DNA from: Diplonema japonicum
Taxonomy: Eukaryota; Protista; Euglenozoa: Diplonemea
Reading direction: 5' to 3'
Length of the DNA stretch: 64,000 bases
NCBI GenBank assembly: GCA_964019335.1
Contig: OZ025668.1
Span: forward strand, 558,001-622,000
The notes under the pieces: generated by a model
Databases searched by the model: none
Told to the model about the DNA's origin: nothing
Seen by the model: only the letters and a program-made list of their open reading frames with translations
Position numbers and translations under genes: made by a program
In this document: one piece after another, positions 46,521 to 58,039 of the stretch
Layout of the letters: every line of letters starts with the position of its first letter
Position numbering within the stretch: the first letter of the stretch is position 1

Positions 46521-49115
46521 TTAATTCTTCGTTTTCCCAGAGTCTTCAAGAGCGATGGCCTTGTTGACCAAAGCCTCGAACTCATGATAATACAAGTTGT
46601 TGTGGATACGAATCATGGGTGTAAGGGAGGACACGTGGTGGTCTTGCACTATGCCGAATGCGTTGGTGTCGATGCCGACCGAGAAGAGCACCTCCATCTG
46701 GTACCTCCCGATGGACCCCGGGTCCATGTCGTTGTACTTGTAAACCTTCATAACAATATGCGAGAGGTAGTGCAGCTGGATGGGGTCTGCCACAACATGG
46801 AAGGGAATGGTTTCCCCTGAGTGATACAGCATGTTGTACAAGGCAGAGATGTGCGACTCGGAGGAGAAGTAGAGGCGCGTCCTCGGCTCGTCAATACCTT
46901 GCAGCTCTTTGGTATCCTGCTGCCATTGCTTCAGGAGCGGTGTTATGATCTGAGCCCCGATGAGTCTCCTGCTCTCCGGTGACAGGCCATACTCCCCAAC
47001 ACCCACGAAATTATTCAACACCTGTGCGAGCTCAAACAAAGGGTACAGGTCCAACGGGAAAAGAGCCATTTGGTTGTATGACACATCGTAGCTGATGTAG
47101 TCAAAGATGTCGCTCACCTTTGAGGTGTCGAACCGGCCCTTCTTCGGGCTGAAGAAGTCTCCTGCCAGCTTCGTCCACCGCTGTCTGACAAGGGCGCATG
47201 ATTCATCGCGGTGCAGCGGCTTCCCTTCAGGGATGTGGCGGATGAGCTCCTCCATCAGCCTGTGGCAGTGTCGCATTGCTCGTTTGGGTGTTTGCTTCAA
47301 CTGGCAGATTGCCTCGAACCCAGGTAGGTGCTTCCAATTCTCGCACTCCTCTAGTGAGTCGACATGCATCACTTCATCGATCATCGACTTGCATTCTTCG
47401 ATTGCCTTCTTTGCCTTCTCCGTGTCGTCCAGCGCCTTGCATATTTCCTTCCCCCTGTCACCTGGGTTGATCATCGACTCGTCCCACTGCGATGCGCATG
47501 TCGACGCGAACTCCATTGCAGTGTTCTTCACGCGTCTTTCGTTGTTGGCAAACACATCTATCTTGTGGGGCACTTCGTTCCCGCGGAGCACGCGTCTGTT
47601 GAACTGCTTGCCTAGGTTCCTTGCTTGCATCCTACCTGCGTCTGTGAGCCACCCGCCCCACTTCAAGATCACCTGCACCTGCGTCACCTCGTTGTCGTCG
47701 GAGTACGCCTGCGGTTTGATCTGCAGCTTCAACCCCTCCGCCTCCCGTGTCATCACGTCTACCATGTTCTGATACTTCTGGCAGTCGTCGGCCGACTCGG
47801 TCGCTGCTTTTATGATCTCAGCGAAGGCCTCCCCCCACGACATGATGGGCTCCGACGGGATGTCCGTCCCCTTGATGACCAGTTCTGGGTGCGGTCCAGG
47901 CATCCCGTTGAAGGCCTTTTTGATGATAAGCGAGGACTTTGTCTTCAATTTGATCTTTTGCTTAGGCGTTCTGTCGCCGTGGCGGAAGAGGGCGATAACG
48001 CCCTTCAGCTCGCGCTTGCCGGGACGGTCGGCGGTCATGCGAGAGAGGCCGCGCTTGCGCATTTCCTCCAAAAAGATGTCGCAGATGATGCTGGACGCAG
48101 CGTCGTAGTACTCGTTGTTCCCTTTGACGAAGGACCAGCCGTTCACGTCGCAGACGTAGGACTTGTCGGCGGTGCGGAGGAGATCGAAACCGCAGACCCG
48201 TTGCCGGAAAACCTTGACGATCTTCCTTGCGATCTGGCGTTCGTACTCCGAGAGGGGTGTGTTGCAACGGATCTCCTTGCCGTTCTCATCACGCTGCACC
48301 TCACCATCGACAACGGGGGACTTCCTGCTCTCGGCGTGTGCATAGTCAGCCCCCACAGTGTACACCTTCACATCCTGCGCACTGGACGTCTCAACGAACT
48401 CCTCATAGATGTAAGACCCCGCACGCCTGATCTTGTTCACATCGGGGTGGAACTCGGAGGACTTGTTCCCAACCTTTCTGAAGAGGTGTCTGCTGCCGGT
48501 TTGTCCTGCGTAGTAAATACGTATATTGTGGTCTTCAGAGTTGACCGGTTTTTCAACAAACGGTTTGTCAAGTCGAACGCCATTGACGACAATGTAGTCG
48601 TCCTCCTCCTGAATGACAGGAGACAGTGCCCCGTCATGCCCGTCACGTGAGCACACAACATGGCGGACAACTGGAATGTTGTTCCTGACAAGTGCGTGGT
48701 ATACAGAGCGGCGGTCTAAGAGGACTTCTTGTTCCCTGGGTTCCGTGAGGACGAACATGTCAGGGTACATGTGGGTGTACTCGATCGCCTTGTCCAGCGG
48801 GAAGCCATTGCTGAAGAATGGGATGCAGCAGTCTACCTTCGGCCAGCTTTCCACAGGTTCACCGATGACCATTTGTTCTGCAAAGCAGACGATTTCGAAC
48901 CTGCCGCTGTCGTTGATTCTTCTCAAGAACTCCTTCATTGGTTTGCTTGTTTGCTTCTTGCCCATGCAGCAGATCCCTAGCCTGTACAGACCCTGTGGGT
49001 CACCCCCGCTTCCAGGGGACGCACAAAACCGCTGATCCTCTTGCGACTGGTAGGCCGAGAAGGCCGTACTGTCAATTGAACAGCATTTGCTTAACATTCT
49101 CTTCCCCCCCTCCAT
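46521..49115 (-). CDS. VIP1: Inositol hexakisphosphate/diphosphoinositol-pentakisphosphate kinase (ATP-grasp + histidine phosphatase)
   Basis: SKPM, FSNGFPLDKAI, KPFVEKPVNSEDHNI, DVKVY, HAESRKSPVVDG, DVNGWSFVK, RHGDRTPKQK, LKWGG, TRLYFSSESHI, LHYLSHI. Confidence 0.95.
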   Translation of the reverse strand: MEGGKRMLSKCCSIDSTAFSAYQSQEDQRFCASPGSGGDPQGLYRLGICCMGKKQTSKPMKEFLRRINDSGRFEIVCFAEQMVIGEPVESWPKVDCCIPFFSNGFPLDKAIEYTHMYPDMFVLTEPREQEVLLDRRSVYHALVRNNIPVVRHVVCSRDGHDGALSPVIQEEDDYIVVNGVRLDKPFVEKPVNSEDHNIRIYYAGQTGSRHLFRKVGNKSSEFHPDVNKIRRAGSYIYEEFVETSSAQDVKVYTVGADYAHAESRKSPVVDGEVQRDENGKEIRCNTPLSEYERQIARKIVKVFRQRVCGFDLLRTADKSYVCDVNGWSFVKGNNEYYDAASSIICDIFLEEMRKRGLSRMTADRPGKRELKGVIALFRHGDRTPKQKIKLKTKSSLIIKKAFNGMPGPHPELVIKGTDIPSEPIMSWGEAFAEIIKAATESADDCQKYQNMVDVMTREAEGLKLQIKPQAYSDDNEVTQVQVILKWGGWLTDAGRMQARNLGKQFNRRVLRGNEVPHKIDVFANNERRVKNTAMEFASTCASQWDESMINPGDRGKEICKALDDTEKAKKAIEECKSMIDEVMHVDSLEECENWKHLPGFEAICQLKQTPKRAMRHCHRLMEELIRHIPEGKPLHRDESCALVRQRWTKLAGDFFSPKKGRFDTSKVSDIFDYISYDVSYNQMALFPLDLYPLFELAQVLNNFVGVGEYGLSPESRRLIGAQIITPLLKQWQQDTKELQGIDEPRTRLYFSSESHISALYNMLYHSGETIPFHVVADPIQLHYLSHIVMKVYKYNDMDPGSIGRYQMEVLFSVGIDTNAFGIVQDHHVSSLTPMIRIHNNLYYHEFEALVNKAIALEDSGKTKN

Positions 49116-49845
49116 CCTTTTTTTTTTGTTCCCTTGCGGGGAAATAACAGAGAAAAACATTAATATTTTTTTTTTCTTTTTGTAAGAAGAGAGGGAGGAA
49201 AGGGGGGGGAGGGGGGAATAAAGTGGTAGAAGAAAAAAAAAAGGGGGGAGAGGCGAAAGAGAGAGGCTTTGCAGGTCATCTAGACGATGGATTTCGTTTC
49301 TTTTCCTTTCTTTTTTTACATAAACCTGTTTGAAGCCGATCGCGTATATGGGGGGGGGGGGGTAAAATAGGAAAAGAACAGGGGATCTAAGGGATAATTT
49401 ATCTTTCCAATTTTCTTTTCTCCGTTCTTCTTTTGACGCTTGTTCACCCACATCTCTTTTTTGTCTTCTTCTTTCTTCTTATCAAGAATAAAAAAGAAAA
49501 AAGAAGGGGGGAAAAGATGTAGTTGTGACACGACCGCCAAACGGCAAAAAAAAACAAAAAACAGGGAACAATTATTTTTTCCAGAAGTAAAGAGAAGGAA
49601 AACGAAAGGAACAAAATAAAAAGGGGCATCTAAGGGGCTAAAACTGAACAAGGTTCCAAAAAATGGGTTTGACAAACAGATTTTTTTTTTAAAAAAACTT
49701 AACTATTCTGAAGGAAAAGGAGATGGGAAGGGAATGGAAGAGGTTAAAAGAAACTAGAATTTTTTTTTCAGTCCGTAGAGGTCTAATTTTTTTGTGGGAA
49801 TTTTTGACACGAGTACATCCTTGTTCTCAAGAAGAGAATAGCAAC

Positions 49846-52800
49846 CTAATCCCGCATTTCAGCAACTGAGTCGAATGTCCGGGACACACACCCATAACGA
49901 GAATGGCTGTACTTCTTTCTCACTGCAGCAACTCTCAACTTCGGTACCTGTGAGCAGTGTGATAGGTATCCTTCGCATATCCATACCCTCTTCATGTGCT
50001 CATCAAGCAGCTCCACCACTTCATAAAGGTCGCTCTCGTAGTACCTGGAGGCTTCCTGCAGCGCATCGGTCCACACCTCAGGGACACCAAGCACCCTGCG
50101 AGAGAGGAGCACACACGCCGCTGCCTGTGGTGTTGTTTTGTTTGTGAAGTTAGGAAGTATATTACCTGCATCGAGGGTGCAAACCCGCACAGCTTCCCGC
50201 ACATCTGCGTTTGCTCCGCTAGGTACTCCGCACTGTACTTCATCGTGTCGTCCGTGTCGTCCAGCTGCGTCAGCTGTGTAAGGAACTGCCAGATCGTCGG
50301 CACCGTCAGGTTGTAGTCAAGTTCCACCAGTACATTCTTCTCCATCTGTGGTTTAGGCTTAAATTTGGTTTTGTCTTTTTTTTTGTGGTTTTCTTCTTTT
50401 GTTTTGGTTTATCACCCCCCCCTCATTTTTTCTCCGGGTTTCACATTTTTCTCCCATTTCCTCATCAGTGGGAAGTCAGATGTAGTTCTCACTCATCCCC
50501 AAAAGGGTATGAAAAAATGAACAATTGTAGGTTATCGTTGTCATCATGAGGACAGAACGTCGAATGTTTCTCCCGCAGTGTCTTCGGGTGCCTCTCCTCC
50601 TTCATGTCCACCATTCTATTCTCCCAGTTGCGTAGGGGTGCTCCTTTTGATTTGTTCAAAATAACGGGCGCCAGGGAAGCTCTTGGTGAAGGTACTCTTT
50701 TTGTTGTTCATATTCCTCCTTGAATGTGTTGCTTCCAGTGCAGTGTGCAGGTAGAGACTAACCGCACTTGGTGATCAACATCCTTGTCTCCACTGTCTTC
50801 TCTCAGTGGGTGTCTGGGCCCCACCTTAACACTTGCCGCCTACAAGTGGTGGCCAGGCAAGCTGACTCGGGTGCCGTGTGTCTAACTAAATAAGCCTGCA
50901 CTGTCTCGGTGTCTGTGATGCACCCTCATGTGGCATTTCAAGCCGAAAGAAGGCCTAATTTCCACCTGACGTCTGTTGCACCGCTTGTGCCTGCCCTCTC
51001 AGCTCCCACCCTTTGAACAATCCCAGCCATGTTCTTTCTCCCAACCGTTTAGGGGTTGTCAGGTGCACTGGGAGCACCGCAACCAGGACACAGTTGGTGA
51101 CAATTCAACACCTTCCCACATCTCGGGTCGCTACTCCTGCTCGCTCATCTTGTCAGGTGAATTTGCCTTTCTCAGCACTGAAGCCTTTCGAGGAAGGTCT
51201 AGGTCCGGACTCGGAGGGCTTTTGCCTTCCCCCCCACCCACCCACCCCCTTTCTCGTGCTGACCATTAGTTGCCGTTCTCATCAGTGGGAAGTCAGATGT
51301 AGTTCTCACTCATCCCCAAAAGGGTATGAAAAAATGAACAATTGTAGGTTATCGTTGTCATCCTTAAGAATTGTCTAAATAAACTCGCACTGTCTCCACT
51401 GTCTCGGTGTCTGTGATGCACCCTCATGTGGCATTTCAAGCCGAAAGAAGGCCTAATTTCCACCTGATCCAAATTCTCGACTCTCCAAACATCTCCCAGT
51501 TGCGTAGGGGTGCTCCTTTTGATGTGTTCAAAATAACGGGCGCCAGGGAAGCTCTTGGTGAAGGTACTCTTCACTCGAATCTTGAATGTGTTGCTTCCAG
51601 TGTGCAGGTAACGATTAACCGCACTTGGTGATCAACATCCTTGTTTCTTTTCTTCTTCTTTTTTTTTTTTCAGTGGGTGTCTGGGCCCCACCTTAACACT
51701 TGCCGCCTACAAGTGGTGGCCAAGCAAGCTGACTCGGGTGCCGTGCTCAGGAACCAAGAACACAGTTGGTGGTCTCTCGTCTGCTTCAACATCCACATCT
51801 CGGGGAAAAGATCTCCTGCGAAAGAAGATGCAAAGCTCCCTTCCAGGGTTGTAATACCCCTCCAGTCGTGTCGCTTCTCCTGCTCGCTCATCTTGTCAGG
51901 TGAATTTGCCTTTCTCAGCACTGAAGCCTTTCGAGGAAGGTCTAGGTCCAGACTCGGAGGGCTTTTGCCTTCCTCCCACCCACCCCTTTCTCGTGCTGAC
52001 CGTTCGTTGCCGTTCTCATCAGTGGGAAGTCAGATGTAGTTCTCACTCATCCCCAAAAGGGTATGAAAAAATGAACAATTGTAGGTTATCGTTGTCATCA
52101 TTAAGAACTGTCTAAATAAGCCTGCATGCACTGTCTCGGTGTCTGTGATGCACCCTCATGTGGCATTTCAGGCCGAAAGAGGGCCTAATTTCCACCTGTG
52201 TTGCTTCCTCAATGCACGGGTATGCTGCCCGGGACAAAGTTAGCGGTAGCGGCCACCTGTCCTTCACCACATCTCGGGGAAAAGATCTCCTGCGAAGGAA
52301 GATATAAAGCTCCCTTCCAGGGTTGTAATGCCCCTCCAGTCAAAGTCCCCTCCCCACCCCACCCCACCCCACCCCACCCCTCCCGTGAACACACCATGAG
52401 CATCTCGTTCCTGGTGTAGGTGTTTGCAGAGATGTGCACGAAGTCGCGCACCTCAGGCGGCATCACCTCCTCGTACTTGCAGGCAAGCATCATCGCAACA
52501 CACCCGATAAGCTGAAGCTTCTTCTTCTCCACAGGCTGTGGTTTCGTGTGTTGTTCTTGAGTTCCACCCCACCCCTTCTGAAGCATACCTGGCACATGAG
52601 GTACCTGTCGAGTATGTTCACCGCGAGGTACATGGTCTCAGGCCTGCACTTGTACTTCAGGTGGACGTCGACCAACCAGTCGACCAGGATGGCACGCATC
52701 TTGTCCGTTACCTCCACTTGGCAGATGGAGAGGTGGTTCTGGTGGATTAGCGTGTGCCCCTCCTCCCTGTGCAGAAGGTCCATGATGTCATCTACAAAGT

Positions 52801-52918
52801 CCAGCACGCGGCAGCAGTGGTTTTTAGGCTTGGTGACACCCCTGATGGTGGCCTTGTTGGCTCTGGGAGAGATGTTCAGGGACCTGAATGTGATATCGCC
52901 GAGCGCCGTTCTCTCCAT
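49846..52918 (-). CDS. Mitotic (A/B-type) cyclin, copy 1; introns 52536-52588, 50346-52394, 50125-50165
   Basis: D-box-like RTALGDIT; MRAILVDWLVDVH, LQLIGCVAMMLACKYEE, ME..VL..LDYNL..PT; the splices give a continuous cyclin box. Confidence 0.93.
50460..50551 (-). ncRNA. Box C/D snoRNA (representative of ~10 copies)
   Basis: cctcATGATGA...CTGAtgagg with complementary ends; the D guide ctgacttccc pairs with conserved LSU GGGAAGUCGG. Confidence 0.85.
51034..51099 (-). ncRNA. AGA-box guide G (target unassigned)
   Basis: ccaac/gttgg lower stem, ggttg..ggtgc/gcacc..caacc upper stem, AGA 14 nt from the pocket. Confidence 0.75.
51399..51466 (-). ncRNA. AGA-box guide E, predicted SSU target GUCUGUGAUGC-psi-CCU
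   Basis: 3' pocket gcatcacaga complementary to conserved SSU UCUGUGAUGC; ggtg/cacc stem; AGA at 15 nt. Confidence 0.75.
51489..51560 (-). ncRNA. AGA-box guide B, predicted LSU target GUAGG-psi-A-AGGGAAG
   Basis: Pocket arms cttccct / cctacg; AGA at 14 nt. Confidence 0.85.
51577..51641 (-). ncRNA. AGA-box guide C, predicted LSU target GUUGCUU-psi-U-UGAUC
   Basis: Pocket arms gatca / aagcaac; ggatgt/acattc stem; AGA at 14 nt. Confidence 0.85.
51677..51744 (-). ncRNA. AGA-box guide D, predicted LSU helix 69 target UAAC-psi-A-UGACUC
   Basis: Pocket arms gagtca / gtta; upper stem gcttgcc/ggcaagt (this copy has one mismatch); AGA at 15 nt. Confidence 0.85.
52269..52336 (-). ncRNA. AGA-box guide A, predicted LSU target AGAUCU-psi-G-GUUG
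   Basis: gggg/cccc stem, pocket cattacaac / agatct, cctg-gaagg/ccttc-cagg upper stem; AGA at 14 nt. Confidence 0.82.
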
Positions 52919-53981
52919 TTTTTAGTGGTTAAAAAAAACTAGTTTCTTTTTTTTAAAAAAACCTAGATGAGTTTGAAGAAGAAGTAAGAAAAAATGGGGT
53001 ATACGGTTAATTTAACTAAAGGCTCTGCAGAACTGAGAGCCTATCGTATCAACGAGAGGGGAAGAAATGCAAACAACAGACACTGCGAAGGGCCAAGGAC
53101 AGCATGTGAACCCACCCTTGCATAATACGTAAAAAAAAGGGGGGGCACCTCTTTTGTGGAAAAAAAATAGAAAAGGGAGCAAAGAGGAGATCTACCGCTT
53201 TTCTAATCTATGATCTATCTAAGGAAAGGCCTATACAAGTTGATAAGGTTAAAAAAAGAAATTTAAGAAAAAAGAAGAAAAAGGGTGTAACCCGCCAAAG
53301 CAGGCTTGATTTCGAAGGACTTAAGGGGGCAAGTGGGAGGGTAAAGAGTAATGAGTGTTAATTCCAGGCAACAGCCTAGATTATTTTCGTTGGATAAATA
53401 AAAGAGGGGGGGGGAAGAAAGTAAACTGTATTATAAACAGCTCGGAAAAAGAACTGGCCATTGTTCGTGCTTACGTCGTGTAAGGGCTCTCACATTACTC
53501 TTGTTCTTTCCCCCCCTTTAAACAACAAAATGCCAAGTTTATCCCCCCCTCTTTTCTTTTCTTTTTCGGTTCTTTTTTTTTTTAAACTCTTTTTTTTCTT
53601 CTTCTTTTTTTGAATAAACACTCGAATAATACGTGGGGTGCTGATTATATTTATTTATTTTTTTATTTTTATTTTTTTCCCACCACACGTGTGTGATACA
53701 AACACACCAGTGTGTGTGTGTGTGTGTTTTTCCCCGTCTTTTGTTTTGTTTTCTCGCTCTTTTTTTTTTTTTTTTTTAAATTAGAAATAACTTAATTGGT
53801 CTCCTGCCTTCGAAGGGGCGTGGGTTTGATCTATGCCTTTTTTTTTCTTCTTTTTTTTTCTCTTTTTCTTTTTCTTCTTCGTGCCTTTACAACCGGAGTT
53901 TTACATCTAACAGTGGTATGCATCAGCCGTGCAGCTATACACAGGGGTGGGGGGGTTCTGTCTAGGAAACATATGCGGGCC

Positions 53982-56825
53982 TTACTGCCCTGCGTAAGAG
54001 TCGAAGATCTGGGACACGCACCCATAACGAGAGCGGCCGTACTTCTTTCTTGCTGCACAAACTTTCAGTTTTGGGACCTGTTTGGGTATGTGGGTACGTG
54101 TGCTCAGGCATACCCTTTTCATGTACTCATCGAGAATGTCCACTATTTTAGCGTTGTAAAGCTCTTTTTGAGTTAACAGCGATTCTTCCTCTAGCTTCTT
54201 CGACCACACCTCGGGGAGACCAAGCACTCTGCGAGACAGGAGCACACACGCCGCTGCCTGTGGTGTTGTTTTGTTTGTGAAGTTAGGAAGTATATTACCT
54301 GCATCGAGGGTGCAAACCCGCACAGCTTCCCGCACATCTGCGTTTGCTCCGCTAGGTACTCCGCACTGTACTTCATCGTGTCGTCCGTGTCGTCCAGCTG
54401 CGTCAGCTGTGTAAGGAACTGCCAGATCGTCGGCACCGTCAGGTTGTAGTCAAGTTCCACCAGTACATTCTTCTCCATCTGTGGTTTAGGTTTAAATTTG
54501 GTTTTGTCTTTTTTTTTGTGGTTTTCTTCTTTTGTTTATCACCCCCCCCTCATTTTTTCTCCAGGTTTCACATTTTTCTCCCATTTCATCATCAGTGGGA
54601 AGTCAGATGTAGTTCTCACTCATCCCCAAAAGGGTATGAAAAAATGAACAATTGTAGGTTATCGTTGTCATCAAGAGGACAGAACGTCGAATGTTTCTCC
54701 CGCAGTGTCTTCGGGTGCCTCTCCTCCTTCATGTCCACCATTCTATTCTCCCAGTTGCGTAGGGGTGCTCCTTTTGATTTGTTCAAAATAACGGGCGCCA
54801 GGGAAGCTCTTGGTGAAGGTACTCTTCACTCGAATCTTGAATGTGTTGCTTCCAGTGTGCAGGTAAGGATTAACCGCACTTGGTGATCAACATCCTTTCT
54901 TTTCTTTTTTTTTTTCTCAGTGGGTGTCTGGGCCCCACCTTAACACTTGCCGCCTACAAGTGGTGGCCAGGCAAGCTGACTCGGGTGCCGTGCTCAGGAA
55001 CCAAGAACACAGTTGGTGGTCTCTCGTCTGCTTCAACATCCACATCTCGGGGAAAAGATCTCCTGCGAAAGAAGATGCAAAGCTCCCTTCCAGGGTTGTA
55101 ATGCCCCTCCAGTCGTGTCGCTTCTCCTGCTCGCTCATCTTGTCAGGTGAATTTGCCTTTCTCAGCACTGAAGCCTTTCGAGGAAGGTCTAGGTCCAGAC
55201 TCGGAGGGCTTTTGCCTTCCTCCCCCCACCCACCCCTTTCTCGTGCTGACCGTTAGTTGCCGTTCTCATCAGTGGGAAGTCAGATGTAGTTCTCACTCAT
55301 CCCCAAAAGGGTATGAAAAAATGAACAATTGTAGGTTATCGTTGTCATCATTAAGAACTTCTTGATTGTCACCCTTTCCGTCACCCTAGCCTGTTCTAGT
55401 TCGATGTTAATCACCCTACGGTGCCACCATTGCAGCACCGGGGCCAGTACCACCAAGCACCTTTTAAAACAAACCACAACCATGTTCTTTCTCCCAACCG
55501 TTTAGGGGTTGTCAGGTGCACTGGGAGCACCGCAACCAGGACACAGTTGGTGACAATTAACGAGGAAGACCGGTAGCTCTCTCACGGTTGTCTGGACCCA
55601 TGACTTGATCCAGGTGGCTGTCACAGGGGATTCGATGTGATGTCTAATACAACTAAGCCTGCACTGTCTCGGTGTCTGTGATGCACCCTCATGTGGCATT
55701 TCAGGCCGAAAGAGGGCCTAATTTCCACCTGATCCATATTCTTGACTCTCCAAACATCTCCCAGTTGCGTAGGGGTGCTCCTTTTGATTTGTTCAAAGTA
55801 ACGGGCGCCAGGGAAGCTCTTGGTGAGGTACTCCTTTTGTTGTTCATATTCCTCCTTGAATGTGTTGCTTCCAGTGCAGTGTGCAGGTAGAGACTAACCA
55901 CACTTGGTTGTATCCGTTGTCGCTTCTCTCAGTGGGTGTCTGGGCCCCACCTTAACACTTGCCGCCTACAAGTGGTGGCCAGGCAAGCTGACTCGGGTGC
56001 CGTGCTGTCCAACTAAATAAGCCTGCATGCACTGTCTCGGTGTCTGTGATGCACCCTCATGTGGCATTTCAGGCCGAAAGAGGGCCTAATTTCCACCTGT
56101 GTTGCTTCCTCAATGCACGGGTATGCTGCCCGGGACAAAGTTAGCGGTAGCGGCCACCTGTCCTTCACCACATCTCGGGGAAAAGATCTCCTGCGAAGGA
56201 AGATATAAAGCTCCCTTCCAGGGTTGTAATGCCCCTCCAGTCAAAGTCCCCTCCCCACCCCACCCCACCCCACCCCACCCCTCCCGTGAACACACCATGA
56301 GCATCTCGTTCCTGGTGTAGGTGTTTGCAGAGATGTGCACGAAGTCGCGCACCTCAGGCGGCATCACCTCCTCGTACTTGCAGGCAAGCATCATCGCAAC
56401 ACACCCGATAAGCTGAAGCTTCTTCTTCTCCACAGGCTGTGGTTTCGTGTGTTGCATTGGAACGTGCGCTTCCTTCTGAAGCATACCTGGCACATGAGGT
56501 ACCTGTCGAGTATGTTCACCGCTAAGTAGATAGTCTCAGGCCTGCACTTGTACTTCATGTGGACGTCGACCAACCAGTCGACCAGGATGGCACGCATCTT
56601 GTCCGTTACCTCCACTTGGCAGTTGGAGAGGTGGTCCTTCCCGACGAGTGTGAGCTGCTCCGTGTCTCTTAAGTGACGGAAGATGTCCCCAAACATGTCG
56701 GTGCTGAACGGCTCCTCCGGCGGTGCCATGTCCTCACATTTTGCATTCACCAACTTTGACGAGAAGGCCGCTGTGTTGGTGGACCTTCCCGTGATGTCGC
56801 TCAAGATCATTCTTTGTGTATCCAT
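53982..56825 (-). CDS. Mitotic cyclin, copy 2; introns 56437-56486, 54479-56295, 54258-54298
   Basis: Same exon structure; D-box-like RMILSDIT; divergent N- and C-termini. Confidence 0.93.
55392..55461 (-). ncRNA. AGA-box guide I, arms complementary to the SSU 5' end (GUUGAU..GCCAGUA); register ambiguous
   Basis: tactggc / gattaac flank a cggtgc/gcaccg stem; AGA 14-16 nt downstream. Confidence 0.7.
55575..55642 (-). ncRNA. AGA-box guide J, predicted SSU target UUGUCUGG-psi-U-GAUUC
   Basis: tcac/gtga stem, pocket gaatc / ccagacaa, cctgtgac/gtcatggg upper stem; AGA at 15 nt. Confidence 0.8.
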
Positions 56826-57681
56826 TGCACCCTGTCAAGGCAGGGCGTGGGGGAGGGGGATGGGGGAACCACGACAAATATTAAAAAATCAAAATCAAAG
56901 AGAGAGAAGGTAATAGAAGAAAAAAAGAAAAAGAAAAAAACAAAAGAAAAAAAAACTCTAGAAGAGGGAGAAAAAAAAAGAAAATTCTAGCTAAAATTAA
57001 TTTTTTTTAACACGGGATGGATGGGGCGATAAGGAGAAAGGGAAAGAGAGGGATACCTGGGAACAAGAGGGTATACACCCATAGAAGGAAAAAAAAAAAC
57101 AGGGGGGGAGGGGAGGGGGATATTCCCCGGAACGTGTGAAAAAGCGCCAAAATCATTTTTTTTTAAAAAAAAAAAGTCTTAGATCGATAAAAAAAAAAAA
57201 AAGAAAACCCCCATGTTCCTAGCCATATTGAGAGTGGTAATTGGGGGGCAAACCTATTTTTACGTAAAGACTAAGCCGGGGAGGGTTTGTCGACCCTTTC
57301 TTTTTAAAATCTTTTAATTTTGGCCACATATATATACCCCCCCCCCCCCCAGGTATAATTAAGTGCATGCGATAGTTAGGTTTCTGGCTGTGGTACTCGA
57401 TAAAATAAAATACATTGAATTTGTTTTAAATCGGTTTCCGTTTTCGTCGTCAGGAGCAGAAATAACGTCGGCGCACTCTATAGCCTAGAGGGGGCACGGG
57501 GGTAGCAATAGGCCTTCGAAGGGAGAGAGAATGGGAATTAGAGAGAGGGAGGTCTAGGGGAAGGGGGATCAGTCGAGAGGATTCCAAAGCATAATTACCA
57601 GAATGACTTTCAGCAGAGGGAACTGAGAACATCCTGTGGTACGTCTCAAGACCTTTTTTTTTTCTCTCTCTTTTTCCGTTT

Positions 57682-57724
<43 letters not shown>

Positions 57725-58005
57725 TTGTTGTTGTCTCTGACGAAAAAAAGTTAATTGTGAAGCAGTAGAAGGCATTTCACAAAGAACAAAGTACGATCTC
57801 TTAGTGATCTTTTTTTTTTAACACACTTTTCTTAATAAAGTGTTCTTTTTTATTTCCCCCCTCCTTTTTTATTCCACTTATACGCTGCTACCATTGGACT
57901 TTTTTTTTTTGATAACCACAATTATAATAAGTGTATTGTGTACAAATAATAATAAAAAAGGAGGAAGGGGTGACTTTTTTTTTTTTTTGGTGAATAGTAG
58001 ATTTC

Positions 58006-58006
<1 letters not shown>

Positions 58007-58039
<33 letters not shown>
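58007..58039. repeat. (CAA)n microsatellite
   Basis: Direct inspection. Confidence 0.95.

Larger units (their letters stand above)
50346..52394 (-). ncRNA. Intronic snoRNA array in cyclin copy 1 (~20 modules)
   Basis: GTGTGT..CCACAG intron of 2049 nt filled with AGA-box hairpins and three C/D copies, sense to the host transcript. Confidence 0.88.
54479..56295 (-). ncRNA. Intronic snoRNA array in cyclin copy 2 (~18 modules)
   Basis: 1817-nt intron built from the same modules. Confidence 0.88.
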
